Translations under genes and position numbers: made by a program
NCBI GenBank assembly: GCA_965216465.1
Contig: CBDCFW010000001.1
Location: 192,001 to 256,000, forward strand
Length of the DNA stretch: 64,000 nt
Reading direction: 5' to 3'
Source of the DNA: Bacteroidia bacterium
Lineage (GTDB): Bacteria; Bacteroidota; Bacteroidia; NS11-12g; UBA9320
Shown here: positions 8,453-17,908 of the stretch, in pieces
Layout: each line of letters opens with the position of its first letter
Numbering within the stretch: position 1 is the stretch's first letter
The notes under the pieces: generated by a model
What the model saw: the letters and a program-made list of their open reading frames with translations, nothing else
What the model was told of the DNA's origin: nothing
The model's database searches: none

Positions 8453-10249
8453 ATGAGTTATAAACCAAAAACGTTATCAAAATGGCTAATCCTAGTCATT
8501 GGCTTATTCTTTGTAAATCAATCATTTGCATTCAAAAACAACCTTGAAAGACCAATTAATGGTCAAGAGGGTTCAGATGCTCGGATTGAAGAAGGAAGTA
8601 ATTTATTTAGTGCTAACTGTGCATCTTGTCACGCACTTGATGCTAAAGTTGTAGGACCGGCATTAAGTGGAGTAATTGACAAGTACGACGAAGACTACGA
8701 TTGGCTAGTCGCTTGGATCAAAAACAATGTTGCACTTGTTAAATCTGGAGATGAACGAGCAATCACTGCCTTCAATGAAGGTGGAGGTCAAGTAATGAAC
8801 ATTTTTGAGAATCTATCGGATGATCAAATTACGTCAATCTTAATGTGGATAGACAACAATGGAGACGGAGATGCTCCTGCTGCCGAAGTTGGTGAGACTA
8901 TTGCTGCTGAGCCTGTAAGCGATTCAACGTTTAACAATATCAATTGGGCTGTTGTATTGCTAACAGCACTATTCTTATTGATTATCATTTTAATTTTTGG
9001 AATTTTAGAGTTAGTAGGAAATCTAACCGGAAGAGAAATCATCAACTGGAATAATGTAAACGCATTTATGATGATTATCTTCTTGATTTTATTCTTTGTT
9101 CTCGTATTGTACGAATACTCAATTCATGCACAATACTTGTTGCCTGAAGCTGCTTCTGAGCACGGACTTGAAATCGACAAGATGATGAAGTGGACGTTCA
9201 GAGCAACGTTGCCGGTATTCTTTATCACACAATTCTTATTGTTCTACTTCTCGTTTAAATACAGAAGAAAGCCAGGACACAAAGCTTACTACTATCCTCA
9301 CAACAATAACTTAGAATACGTTTGGACCTTGATTCCTGCCATTGTACTTGCTGCATTGGTATCAGGAGGTTTCAAAACATGGAATAAAATTTTAAGATCA
9401 GAAGCTAAAGAAGATGCTCAGAAAATCGAAGTATTTGCCTACCAATTTGGTTGGAATGCAAGATACCCTGGAGCAGACAATGAGCTAGGAAAAGCAAACT
9501 ACAATCTGATTAATGGTACTAACCCTTTAGGTGTTGCTAACAAAGATCACGCAATCGCTCTAATTTCTGAGCTTGAAGAAGATATTGTATCTCTACAACT
9601 CAGACACGATTCTATTCTTCCTATCGAGCAGGCTAAGCTACAGTCTACTTTAGGAGGACGTGTTGGAGCAGACAGAGAGGAACACTTAAGAAAAATTAAG
9701 AGTTATACTTCTGGCGATGTTGCCAACGATATCAAACTAACTATCAGAGCAAGAAAAACTCAAATTGCTCGATTAAAAGCTGCACTTGCAGTTGAGCAAG
9801 GTAGCATGTTTGATGGCAAAGGAAATGATGACCAAGTGGTTCAAGAACTTCACGTGGTAATCGGAAAACCAGTAACCTTGAAGTTTAGAGCAAGAGACGT
9901 AATTCACTCAGCTTATCTTCCATATTTTAGAACTCAAATGAACGTTGTACCTGGTTTACCAACCGAGTTCACCTTTACTCCTACCATTACAACTACTGAG
10001 ATGAGAGGAATTAAAAAAGACCCAGAATTTGATTACTACTTAGTATGTAACAAAATATGTGGTAACGCTCACTTCAATATGAAAATGAAAGTTATCGTTG
10101 AAGATGAAGCTTCATATAACGAATGGATTAGCAACCAGTCTGCATTATTTGTTCAGGCTGAAGAAACAGAAGAAGCTGCACCAGTAGAAGAAGAAAGTTC
10201 TGAAGAAACTGAGGCAGAAGAAACAGAAGAAACCGTAGCATTAAACTAA
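8453..10249 (+). CDS. coxB: Cytochrome c oxidase subunit II with fused N-terminal class I cytochrome c domain
   Basis: Signal peptide (..QSFA), CASCH heme motif (8618-8632) with candidate distal Met in QVMNIF, four TM segments, ASEHG, EYVWTLIP, DVIHSAY and CuA motif CNKICGNAHFNM. Alternative TTG start at 8441. Confidence 0.92.
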   Translation: MSYKPKTLSKWLILVIGLFFVNQSFAFKNNLERPINGQEGSDARIEEGSNLFSANCASCHALDAKVVGPALSGVIDKYDEDYDWLVAWIKNNVALVKSGDERAITAFNEGGGQVMNIFENLSDDQITSILMWIDNNGDGDAPAAEVGETIAAEPVSDSTFNNINWAVVLLTALFLLIIILIFGILELVGNLTGREIINWNNVNAFMMIIFLILFFVLVLYEYSIHAQYLLPEAASEHGLEIDKMMKWTFRATLPVFFITQFLLFYFSFKYRRKPGHKAYYYPHNNNLEYVWTLIPAIVLAALVSGGFKTWNKILRSEAKEDAQKIEVFAYQFGWNARYPGADNELGKANYNLINGTNPLGVANKDHAIALISELEEDIVSLQLRHDSILPIEQAKLQSTLGGRVGADREEHLRKIKSYTSGDVANDIKLTIRARKTQIARLKAALAVEQGSMFDGKGNDDQVVQELHVVIGKPVTLKFRARDVIHSAYLPYFRTQMNVVPGLPTEFTFTPTITTTEMRGIKKDPEFDYYLVCNKICGNAHFNMKMKVIVEDEASYNEWISNQSALFVQAEETEEAAPVEEESSEETEAEETEETVALN

Positions 10250-10270
10250 ACAAGAAATAGTACAATTAAT

Positions 10271-12142
10271 ATGAGCACACACGCAGATCATCACCATAAA
10301 GAGACGTTCATTTCGAAATACGTCTTTAGTATGGATCATAAAATGATATCCAAGCAATTTTTGATCACGGGTATCATCATGGGGCTAATTGGGGTAGCAA
10401 TGTCTATTGCTTTCCGTTTGCAATTGGCTTACCCTGATATGGGTTTTCCTATCTTAGAGTGGGTATTTGGTAGCAAATGGGCACCGGATGGAAAACTTGA
10501 TGCTGGATACTACATGGCACTAGTAACCTTACACGGTACTATCATGGTATTCTACGTACTTACAGCAGGTTTGAGTGGAACGTTTGCCAACTTACTTATT
10601 CCATTGCAAATTGGAGCAAGAGATATGGCATCTCCTTTCATGAACATGTTATCGTACTGGTTCTTCTTCCTTTCGAGCGTTGTTCTTCTTTCTTCATTAT
10701 TTGTTGAAACAGGACCAGCATCTGGTGGTTGGACAATCTACCCTCCTTTGAGTGCTTTGCCTAAAGCAATGCCAGGATCAGGTATGGGTATGACACTTTG
10801 GTTAGTTGCAATTGTATTGTTTATCGCATCATCTCTATTAGGTGGTATCAACTATATCAGTACCGTTCTTAACATGAGAACTAAAGGTATGACCATGACC
10901 AGAATGCCTCTAACTATTTGGGCATTGTTCTTAACAGCTGTTCTTGGTCTTCTTTCTTTCCCAGTATTATTAGGAGGAGGTTTACTGTTGTTATTTGACC
11001 GTGGTTTCGGTACAAGTTTCTACCTATCTGACATTTACTTAGGTTCTGGTGGAGCTCTTGAGCACAGTGGAGGTAGCCCTATCTTATTCCAGCACTTGTT
11101 CTGGTTCTTAGGTCACCCTGAGGTATACATTATTATTATGCCAGCCTTAGGTATTACTTCTGAGGTAATTGCTGTTAACGCGAGAAAGCCAATCTTTGGA
11201 TATACTGCGATGGTAATTTCATTACTGGGTATTGCATTCCTATCGTTTATCGTTTGGGGTCACCATATGTTTATTACCGGTATGAATCCTTTGCTTGGAG
11301 CAGTATTCTTGATTACAACGCTAATCATTGCGGTTCCTTCAGCGGTTAAGACGTTTAACTATCTAGCCACACTTTGGAGAGGTAACATTAGATTTACAAA
11401 CGGTATGATGTTCGCTATCGGACTTGTATCATTCTTTATTTCTGGTGGTTTAACGGGTATTTTCTTAGGAAACGCAACACTTGATATCCAATTGCACGAT
11501 ACTTACTTCGTAGTAGGTCACTTCCATATCGTAATGGGTTGTGCTGCAATATTTGGTATGTTAGCAGGAATCTATCACTGGTTCCCTAAAATGTTCGGTA
11601 GATTAATGAACAAGCCTCTTGGTTACATTCACTTCTGGCTAACATTTGCTTCTGCATACATGGTATTCTTCCCAATGCACTTTATGGGATTAGCTGGTGT
11701 ACCTAGAAGATACTACGCATTTACCTTGCTTCCTGAGTATGGAGTTTGGTTTGATGTAAACGTAATCATGACCTTAGCTGCCATTGTTGGTGGTGTTGCT
11801 CAGTTGATCTTCATCTATAACTTCTTCTCTAGTATCTTTATTGGCAAGAAGTCAGGTGCAAATCCATGGCAAGCAAATACTTTAGAATGGACTACTCCTG
11901 AAGAAAGAATTCACGGAAACTGGCCAGGTGAGATTCCAACTGTTTACCGTTGGGCATACGACTACAGCAAGCCAGGATACGATGAAGACTTTATTCCTCA
12001 GAATGTTCCAGAAGAAGGTCAAGAAGTCGAGTTGTTTGAAACAAGCAGTACTCCTGCTTCGGATGCAGTTGACGAACCCGAAAGAGAAACATTACATTTC
12101 TGGGCACTGCTTAAAAAGTGGTTTAGTCCCAAATCTGTTTAA
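10271..12142 (+). CDS. ctaD: Cytochrome c oxidase subunit I, type A1 (aa3)
   Basis: LHGTIM, RDMASP (D-channel), WFLGHPEVYI, WGHHMF, PSAVK (K-channel), HDTYFVVGHFH, PRRY. Confidence 0.97.
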   Translation: MSTHADHHHKETFISKYVFSMDHKMISKQFLITGIIMGLIGVAMSIAFRLQLAYPDMGFPILEWVFGSKWAPDGKLDAGYYMALVTLHGTIMVFYVLTAGLSGTFANLLIPLQIGARDMASPFMNMLSYWFFFLSSVVLLSSLFVETGPASGGWTIYPPLSALPKAMPGSGMGMTLWLVAIVLFIASSLLGGINYISTVLNMRTKGMTMTRMPLTIWALFLTAVLGLLSFPVLLGGGLLLLFDRGFGTSFYLSDIYLGSGGALEHSGGSPILFQHLFWFLGHPEVYIIIMPALGITSEVIAVNARKPIFGYTAMVISLLGIAFLSFIVWGHHMFITGMNPLLGAVFLITTLIIAVPSAVKTFNYLATLWRGNIRFTNGMMFAIGLVSFFISGGLTGIFLGNATLDIQLHDTYFVVGHFHIVMGCAAIFGMLAGIYHWFPKMFGRLMNKPLGYIHFWLTFASAYMVFFPMHFMGLAGVPRRYYAFTLLPEYGVWFDVNVIMTLAAIVGGVAQLIFIYNFFSSIFIGKKSGANPWQANTLEWTTPEERIHGNWPGEIPTVYRWAYDYSKPGYDEDFIPQNVPEEGQEVELFETSSTPASDAVDEPERETLHFWALLKKWFSPKSV

Positions 12143-12153
12143 CTAGATAAATT

Positions 12154-12186
12154 AAAAAGCCAAATGAGTTTCATTTGGCTTTTTTC
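12154..12186 (+). terminator. Intrinsic terminator after coxA (symmetric, possibly bidirectional)
   Basis: AAAAAGCCAAATGA-gtt-TCATTTGGCTTTTT perfect inverted repeat. Confidence 0.8.
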
Positions 12187-12197
12187 TTGCATTTGGC

Positions 12198-13232
12198 ATG
12201 CTCAAACGAAATTTCATAAGGCTTAACTGGTTATCCCTGTTTTTTGTATTTATGCTTTTTGCAATTGGTGGATTGGTGAGAAGCACAGGAAGCGGTATGG
12301 GCTGTCCCGATTGGCCTAAGTGCTTTGGAGAATACGTCCCTCCTACTTCGGCTGATAACTTACCAGAGAATTACGAAGACTATTTCAAGGATCAACGGAT
12401 CAAAAAAACCGAAAGATTTGTGGCCTTGCTTAGAATGCTGGGAATGGAAGACAAAGCAGAAGCCATTGAAAGCAACAAGAATATCGAAGAAACTCATGAA
12501 TTCAATGTCACCAAAGCCTATGTAGAATATGGCAATAGAATTTGGGGTGCGCTAACTGGCATTGTGGTCTTTCTTGGATTTTTAAGTTCATTGTTCTACA
12601 TCCGACAAGATTTCACATTGTTTCTTTACACCCTACTTGGTTTTATCGCGGTGTTTGTAAACGCCCTGTTGGGAGCCATTGTAGTAAGTTCAAATCTGAT
12701 TAGTGGATTAGTAACAGCACACTTCCTGGCAGCTTTTGCTTCTATCTGCTTTTTCATGCTTGCACGATTTAGAGTCAAGAAGATCGCATTAAGTTCAACT
12801 GTTCCAATTTGGGTTTCAGTTTACAGTTTAGCCGTTTTGGTTCTAATTGTATTTCAAACTGTATTAGGAACAGATGTAAAATCATATTTTGAAGCCTTAG
12901 AAAGTGGCGATTCGGTTATAAAAAATGTGATATTAACGGAGATTCCATCCTATCCGGCACACCGGGTTTATGCGGTAATTGCAGTTATTGCATCCGCAAT
13001 ACAATTAGCTCTTATTCAGCGATATACGTCAGATGCTTCATTCAATAAATTTGCCATTTTATTGGTCGTATTAACCCTGCTTCAGATTGCTTTTGGAGTG
13101 AGTATGATTTATGAGCTATTTATGGCTATTTCAAAACTATTCCATATTAGCATTGCTGCTTCAATATTTGGTATACAATTTTATATTTGCACCCTGCTAA
13201 TTAAAGCAGGCCTAAAACGAAACAGAAATTGA
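12198..13232 (+). CDS. ctaA: Heme A synthase (COX15/CtaA family)
   Basis: GGLVRSTGSGMGCPDWPKCFG, EYGNR, VTAHF, AHR, LFH motifs; multiple TMs; cox context. Confidence 0.88.
   Translation: MLKRNFIRLNWLSLFFVFMLFAIGGLVRSTGSGMGCPDWPKCFGEYVPPTSADNLPENYEDYFKDQRIKKTERFVALLRMLGMEDKAEAIESNKNIEETHEFNVTKAYVEYGNRIWGALTGIVVFLGFLSSLFYIRQDFTLFLYTLLGFIAVFVNALLGAIVVSSNLISGLVTAHFLAAFASICFFMLARFRVKKIALSSTVPIWVSVYSLAVLVLIVFQTVLGTDVKSYFEALESGDSVIKNVILTEIPSYPAHRVYAVIAVIASAIQLALIQRYTSDASFNKFAILLVVLTLLQIAFGVSMIYELFMAISKLFHISIAASIFGIQFYICTLLIKAGLKRNRN
13182..13189 (+). promoter_or_regulatory. Internal -7 promoter box (TATATTTG) upstream of cyoE
   Basis: TAnnTTTG followed by CAC, about 40 nt before the TTG at 13229. 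Confidence 0.4.
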
Positions 13233-14122
13233 AATCAGTAGCCGTAAATACGACCACAGTTACTTGGAAGGATAAGCTTCGTGACTACAATCAACTGATA
13301 AAATTCAGATTGACTTTCACCGTTGTACTTTCTTCTGTTCTTGGTTTTTTATTAGGAAACTCCGGAGCCGTAAATTACACCGATTTAACTGCTTTAATTA
13401 TTGGAGGTTTTTTAGTGGTTTCTTCATCAAACGGAATCAATCAAATTATTGAGAAAGACTTCGATAAGTTAATGACGCGTACTGCAAACCGCCCTATTGC
13501 TCAAAATAGAATGAGCATCCTAGAAGCAGGGATTTTTTGTGCGGTAACGGGTATTATAGGAGTTAGCATTCTAGGACTTTATCTTAATACTTATGCCGCT
13601 TTATTGGGATTTGGCTCGCTCATGAGCTACGCATTCATCTACACTCCGCTTAAAAGAGTGTCGAGCTTAGCCGTATTGGTTGGGGCATTTCCTGGTGCTA
13701 TTCCACCGCTTTTGGGTTGGGTAGCTGCCACTGGAGCTTTCTCTACCGCAGCACTTGTATTGTTCCTAATTCAATTCTTCTGGCAATTTCCTCATTTTTG
13801 GGCTATTGCTTGGATTCTTGACGACGATTATAAAAAAGCTGGATATCGATTACTTCCAACAAAAGGGGGAAGAGATAAGGCTTCTGCTCAACAAATCATA
13901 TTCTATTCTGCTCTCCTAATCCCATTGGCACTGTTGCCTTATTTCATCGGAATTAGCGGAATTGTTTCAATGATTATTGTAGTTCTAGGTTCTGTGTGGC
14001 TTACCGCACTAGGATTTAAACTCTACAAAACATTAAGCGTAAAAGATGCCAAACGACTCATGTTCGCATCTATCATTTACAATCCAATTGTATTAATTTC
14101 ATTACTGCTCGATAAAATCTAA
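13229..14122 (+). CDS. cyoE: Protoheme IX farnesyltransferase (heme O synthase)
   Basis: NQIIEKDFDKLMTRTANRP, YTPLKR, GAFPGAIPPLLGW, WQFPHFWAIAW. Confidence 0.95.
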   Translation: MKSVAVNTTTVTWKDKLRDYNQLIKFRLTFTVVLSSVLGFLLGNSGAVNYTDLTALIIGGFLVVSSSNGINQIIEKDFDKLMTRTANRPIAQNRMSILEAGIFCAVTGIIGVSILGLYLNTYAALLGFGSLMSYAFIYTPLKRVSSLAVLVGAFPGAIPPLLGWVAATGAFSTAALVLFLIQFFWQFPHFWAIAWILDDDYKKAGYRLLPTKGGRDKASAQQIIFYSALLIPLALLPYFIGISGIVSMIIVVLGSVWLTALGFKLYKTLSVKDAKRLMFASIIYNPIVLISLLLDKI

Positions 14123-14727
14123 TGACAGACGATGTAACATACAAAGGAAAAGTACATCCAAAGAAATTTGCCTTGTGGTTACTACTGCTTGGTATTTTGA
14201 TGTTATTCGCTGCATTTACCAGTGCTTATATCGTTCGTAAAGGAGATGGAAACTGGTTTAATTTTAGACCGCCAATAGTATTCCTATATTCTACACTTGT
14301 TGTTGTTCTCAGCTCTGTTTCAATGCTTTTTGCATACAAATCGGCAAAAAAGGACAACTTAGGCAATGTTAAGATTGGTTTAGGGATCACTATTTTGCTT
14401 GGTGTTGTATTTAGCTACCTTCAATACCAAGGCTGGGTTGTAATGAATAGCCTTGATCTTCATTTTGTAAATAACAACAATGAGATCAGCAATAATCTCT
14501 CTGGAGATCGAATATCTGCATCGTTTTTAATCGTTATTGCAGCTGTTCACTTAGTACATATTTTAGCAGGAATTATCTTCTTGCTTGTAGTATTACTCAG
14601 GACCTTTCAATTTAAAGTACACAAGAATAGCTCACTTCTAATCGATATGTGCAATACTTATTGGCATTTCGTAGGACTGTTGTGGGTATATTTATATTTG
14701 TTTTTATATTTTGCACCCGAATTTTAA
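14122..14727 (+). CDS. Cytochrome c oxidase subunit III family protein (first copy)
   Basis: MLFAAFTSAYIV, VHLVHILAG, YWHFVGLLWVYLY. Confidence 0.9.
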   Translation: MTDDVTYKGKVHPKKFALWLLLLGILMLFAAFTSAYIVRKGDGNWFNFRPPIVFLYSTLVVVLSSVSMLFAYKSAKKDNLGNVKIGLGITILLGVVFSYLQYQGWVVMNSLDLHFVNNNNEISNNLSGDRISASFLIVIAAVHLVHILAGIIFLLVVLLRTFQFKVHKNSSLLIDMCNTYWHFVGLLWVYLYLFLYFAPEF

Positions 14728-14729
14728 GA

Positions 14730-15581
14730 ATGTCAACACAAACAATTTCAAAAACTAGCATGTGGAGAGGTGGCAATTCACCTTTTAAAATTAGTTATGG
14801 TAAGCTAATGATGTGGATTTTTCTCCTGTCAGATGCTTTTACATTTTCATCTCTACTAGTAGGTTATGGAGCTCTGAGATATAGCTTCTCTTCTACTGAA
14901 GAATACATTGAGGAAGTAACTCCTGCACACTTAGAAAGTCAAGGAATTCCTATGGAAGGCGACTTGATTAACTTTGAGTTTAACAGCGAGATCATTGCTA
15001 TGTATGCTCCGGAAGGAACTGATCTTCACCATGACCATACCGACTACTTTGTTGAAAAACTTGGTGAGGTTGGAGTGTTTGCTGAAGACCACTGGCCATC
15101 GCCGGATTTGGTATTTAATCACTTCCCAGGTTTCCATGGAAAACATCTTCCTTTGATGTTCGTTTCGCTGATGACTTTTATCCTTATCTTTAGTTCTGTA
15201 ACCATGGTACTTGCTGTGGAAGCAGGACAACGTAACTCCAAAAATGAAGTTAATAAATGGCTGTTATGGACCATCTTAGGTGGTGCAGCATTCCTTGGCT
15301 GTCAAGCTTGGGAGTGGACGATGTTTATCAACGCCGGTGCTACTCCTTGGAGTAACCCTTATGGCCCTGCAACATTTGCAGCACTCTTCTTCTTGGTTAC
15401 AGGATTCCACGGATTTCACGTTTTCTCGGGTGTAGTTATAAATGTAGTTGCTTACGTTAACTCGCTAAAGGGAACCTACGAAAAGAGAGGACATTACGAA
15501 ATGATTGAGAAGGTTGGACTATACTGGCACTTTGTAGATCTAGTATGGGTATTTGTATTTACATTCTTCTACTTAATCTAA
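14730..15581 (+). CDS. Cytochrome c oxidase subunit III family protein (second copy) with enlarged loop
   Basis: SYGKLMMWIFLLSDAFTF, CQAWEW, TGFHGFHV, GLYWHFVDLVWVFVF. ATG at 14730 follows the upstream stop by 2 nt. Confidence 0.92.
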   Translation: MSTQTISKTSMWRGGNSPFKISYGKLMMWIFLLSDAFTFSSLLVGYGALRYSFSSTEEYIEEVTPAHLESQGIPMEGDLINFEFNSEIIAMYAPEGTDLHHDHTDYFVEKLGEVGVFAEDHWPSPDLVFNHFPGFHGKHLPLMFVSLMTFILIFSSVTMVLAVEAGQRNSKNEVNKWLLWTILGGAAFLGCQAWEWTMFINAGATPWSNPYGPATFAALFFLVTGFHGFHVFSGVVINVVAYVNSLKGTYEKRGHYEMIEKVGLYWHFVDLVWVFVFTFFYLI

Positions 15582-15607
15582 GGTAAAATTCATAAAAAAG
15601 AACAGAA

Positions 15608-15961
15608 ATGGCACACGCAAATCATAACGTAGATATACACGACGAAGAGAATTACGACCCAACAGTATGGGTACCTAAAGCTCATAGCCACGGAACAAGA
15701 GACATCTGGATTAAACTGGGAATTCTAGCATTCCTAACTATCATTGATGTTGCCTTATATTTCATACTTGATCCTTCTATGGGAAGAAATATCACATTCA
15801 TCATTTTAGGAATCTTTAAAGCAATCTACATTGTAGGAACGTTCATGCACATGAAGCACGAAAAACTAAGCTTCGCTACCATGATTATCGCTCCAATGTT
15901 ATTGATTGTTTTCTTCATCGCTTGGATGATGTATGAAGGAGACTTCTGGGGATCATTCTAA
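15608..15961 (+). CDS. Cytochrome c oxidase subunit IV family protein
   Basis: Three TMs, KAIYIVGTFMHMKHE motif; cox context. Confidence 0.85.
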   Translation: MAHANHNVDIHDEENYDPTVWVPKAHSHGTRDIWIKLGILAFLTIIDVALYFILDPSMGRNITFIILGIFKAIYIVGTFMHMKHEKLSFATMIIAPMLLIVFFIAWMMYEGDFWGSF

Positions 15962-15979
15962 AACCTTAACATTTAGCTT

Positions 15980-16633
15980 ATGAAAAGAACTACTGGCATA
16001 ATAATTCTAGTGGTTTTGTTAGCAATACCTGCAATCTGGATATTTCTCTGGAAGAATACTCAGTTTGGGTATAATGAACTACCGGTTTATACCACAGATG
16101 AAATGGGCGTTAAAGAGCCTTATTACATCGACTCTTTCTCTTTGGTTGATCAAAACAATAACGTCTTCACACGCGATAGCATAGGAGACCGTGTTTTTAT
16201 TTCAAGCTTCTTTTTTGCTACCTGCCCAGACGTATGTCCAACCATTAATGGACACCTAAAGATAGCTACCGAAAAACTAAAGAACAGTACCGATGTAATG
16301 TTTCTCACTCATTCTGTAGATCCTTATCACGACACACCCGAAGTCTTAAATAAATATGCAGAAGATTTTGAAGCAGACTACAACCAATGGAAGTTCTTGA
16401 CAGGTAAAAAGAGTACCATCTACTACCTAGCCACTCAAAATTATAGAACTGTAATTGAGGAGGTTCCTGACACCAATAACTTCATCCATAGTGATAAACT
16501 AATCTTGGTAGATAAAGAATTTCATGTTCGCGGTATTTATGACGGTCTAGACATTAAAAGCGTTCTTGACATGGTTGAAGATGCGCGATTCTTATTAAAA
16601 TCGTACAAAGACCAAGCTAGAAATGAAGAGTAA
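15980..16633 (+). CDS. SCO family copper chaperone
   Basis: FFFATCPDVCP (CxxxC), SVDPYHDTP, FIHS. Confidence 0.93.
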   Translation: MKRTTGIIILVVLLAIPAIWIFLWKNTQFGYNELPVYTTDEMGVKEPYYIDSFSLVDQNNNVFTRDSIGDRVFISSFFFATCPDVCPTINGHLKIATEKLKNSTDVMFLTHSVDPYHDTPEVLNKYAEDFEADYNQWKFLTGKKSTIYYLATQNYRTVIEEVPDTNNFIHSDKLILVDKEFHVRGIYDGLDIKSVLDMVEDARFLLKSYKDQARNEE

Positions 16634-17165
16634 CTGGAACGACAAACTTATATTTCGTCTTGCACTTGTAGTTTCAATCGTTGTTTTTGTATTGGTTGTT
16701 GTACTGAACAAACGTGTACTAAATCCACCTACTGAGTTTCCTGAATTTATTTACAAGCTCCCACTTTTACACGCAGTAATCAATGGAAGTTGTGCTGTAA
16801 TACTAATTCTTTCCTTGCGTGCTATACGCAGAAAGAATGTGGCTTTACATAAACGTTTAAACCTAACTGCTTTTGGATTATCTGCATTATTCTTACTGAG
16901 TTATGTTACGTTTCACTTCTTCGTTCCTGAGACTACTTATGGTGGTGATGGGGCTATGAGAATAGTCTACTATATCATTCTGATTTCTCACATCATATTG
17001 GCAGCAGTAGTACTTCCATTGATCCTACTATCATTTTGGCACGGTTTACAAAACAACGTCGACAAACATAAACGAATAGTAAGGTTTAGTTACCCAATTT
17101 GGCTTTATGTTGCCATTACAGGGGTTCTTGTATATCTCATGATTTCACCTTACTACAACTTCTAA
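16623..17165 (+). CDS. DUF420 family membrane protein (oxidase assembly)
   Basis: LHK, FLLSYVTFH, ILISHIILA, PIWLYVAITGVLVYLMISPYY. Confidence 0.88.
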   Translation: MKSNWNDKLIFRLALVVSIVVFVLVVVLNKRVLNPPTEFPEFIYKLPLLHAVINGSCAVILILSLRAIRRKNVALHKRLNLTAFGLSALFLLSYVTFHFFVPETTYGGDGAMRIVYYIILISHIILAAVVLPLILLSFWHGLQNNVDKHKRIVRFSYPIWLYVAITGVLVYLMISPYYNF

Positions 17166-17166
17166 A

Positions 17167-17898
17167 ATGAAATCTCTTATTCAACGTATACTTCAACGCC
17201 TGCTGGGTTATGACCTCTATTTATGGTGCTTTACGTTGTATAAGCTCAGGGTGTTGAAGTACGACAAGAATGAGAACGATTTCTTTCACTTCATTTCATT
17301 GATAGACCCAAAATCTACAGTACTTGATATCGGAGCGAACATTGGGCTTATGACATATTACATGGCAAAACGCTTTGATAACGTCATTGCATTTGAGCCA
17401 ATGCCAAATAACATCAAGATTATTCAAAGATTGATTCAGAAGTTCAAGTTTAAGAATGTAAAATTAGTACAATGTGCATTGGGCAACCAAAACACTCAAA
17501 TTCAATTGGTATTGCCTATTGTTGATGGAGTTAAGAAACAAGGGCTAAGTCATGTCGTTGATGAGAAAATGACTGAGTTCAACGAAGGTCGATTATTCGA
17601 AACGGAATGTTATAAATTGGATGATGTAGAAATCATTCAGAATAAAAAAGTAGATGCGATAAAGATTGACGTTGAAAATTTTGAATTTGAAGTGTTTCAG
17701 GGTGCTGAGCAGTTGCTTCTTGCCCATAAACCAATGATTTACTGCGAATTATGGAACAATAAAAATCGAATTGATTGCTTTGAGTTTTTAGCTGGATTGG
17801 GATATGACCGTTATGTATTTAATGGAGTCGATCTGGAGAAAATCGAGGGTAACCCAAGTGACATTCAAAATTTCTTCTTTATTGCTAAACAAGATTAA
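17167..17898 (+). CDS. FkbM family methyltransferase
   Basis: VLDIGANIG, AFEP, KIDVENFEFEVFQGA. Confidence 0.88.
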   Translation: MKSLIQRILQRLLGYDLYLWCFTLYKLRVLKYDKNENDFFHFISLIDPKSTVLDIGANIGLMTYYMAKRFDNVIAFEPMPNNIKIIQRLIQKFKFKNVKLVQCALGNQNTQIQLVLPIVDGVKKQGLSHVVDEKMTEFNEGRLFETECYKLDDVEIIQNKKVDAIKIDVENFEFEVFQGAEQLLLAHKPMIYCELWNNKNRIDCFEFLAGLGYDRYVFNGVDLEKIEGNPSDIQNFFFIAKQD

Positions 17899-17903
17899 CT
17901 TTG
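17896..17903 (+). promoter_or_regulatory. -7 promoter box (TAACTTTG)
   Basis: TAnnTTTG overlapping the FkbM stop, 5 nt before ATG 17909 (near-leaderless). Confidence 0.5.
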
Positions 17904-17908
17904 CACTG

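Noticed and set aside
10150-10240. GAAGAAAC(A/T)GA-type short repeats at the coxB 3' end
   Set aside because: Low-complexity coding for an acidic Glu/Thr/Ala tail; no spacers, so not CRISPR or a tandem-repeat element.
14649-14729. GTG-start extension of the second subunit III ORF
   Set aside because: Overlaps the upstream gene by 79 nt; ATG at 14730 gives the expected N-terminus.
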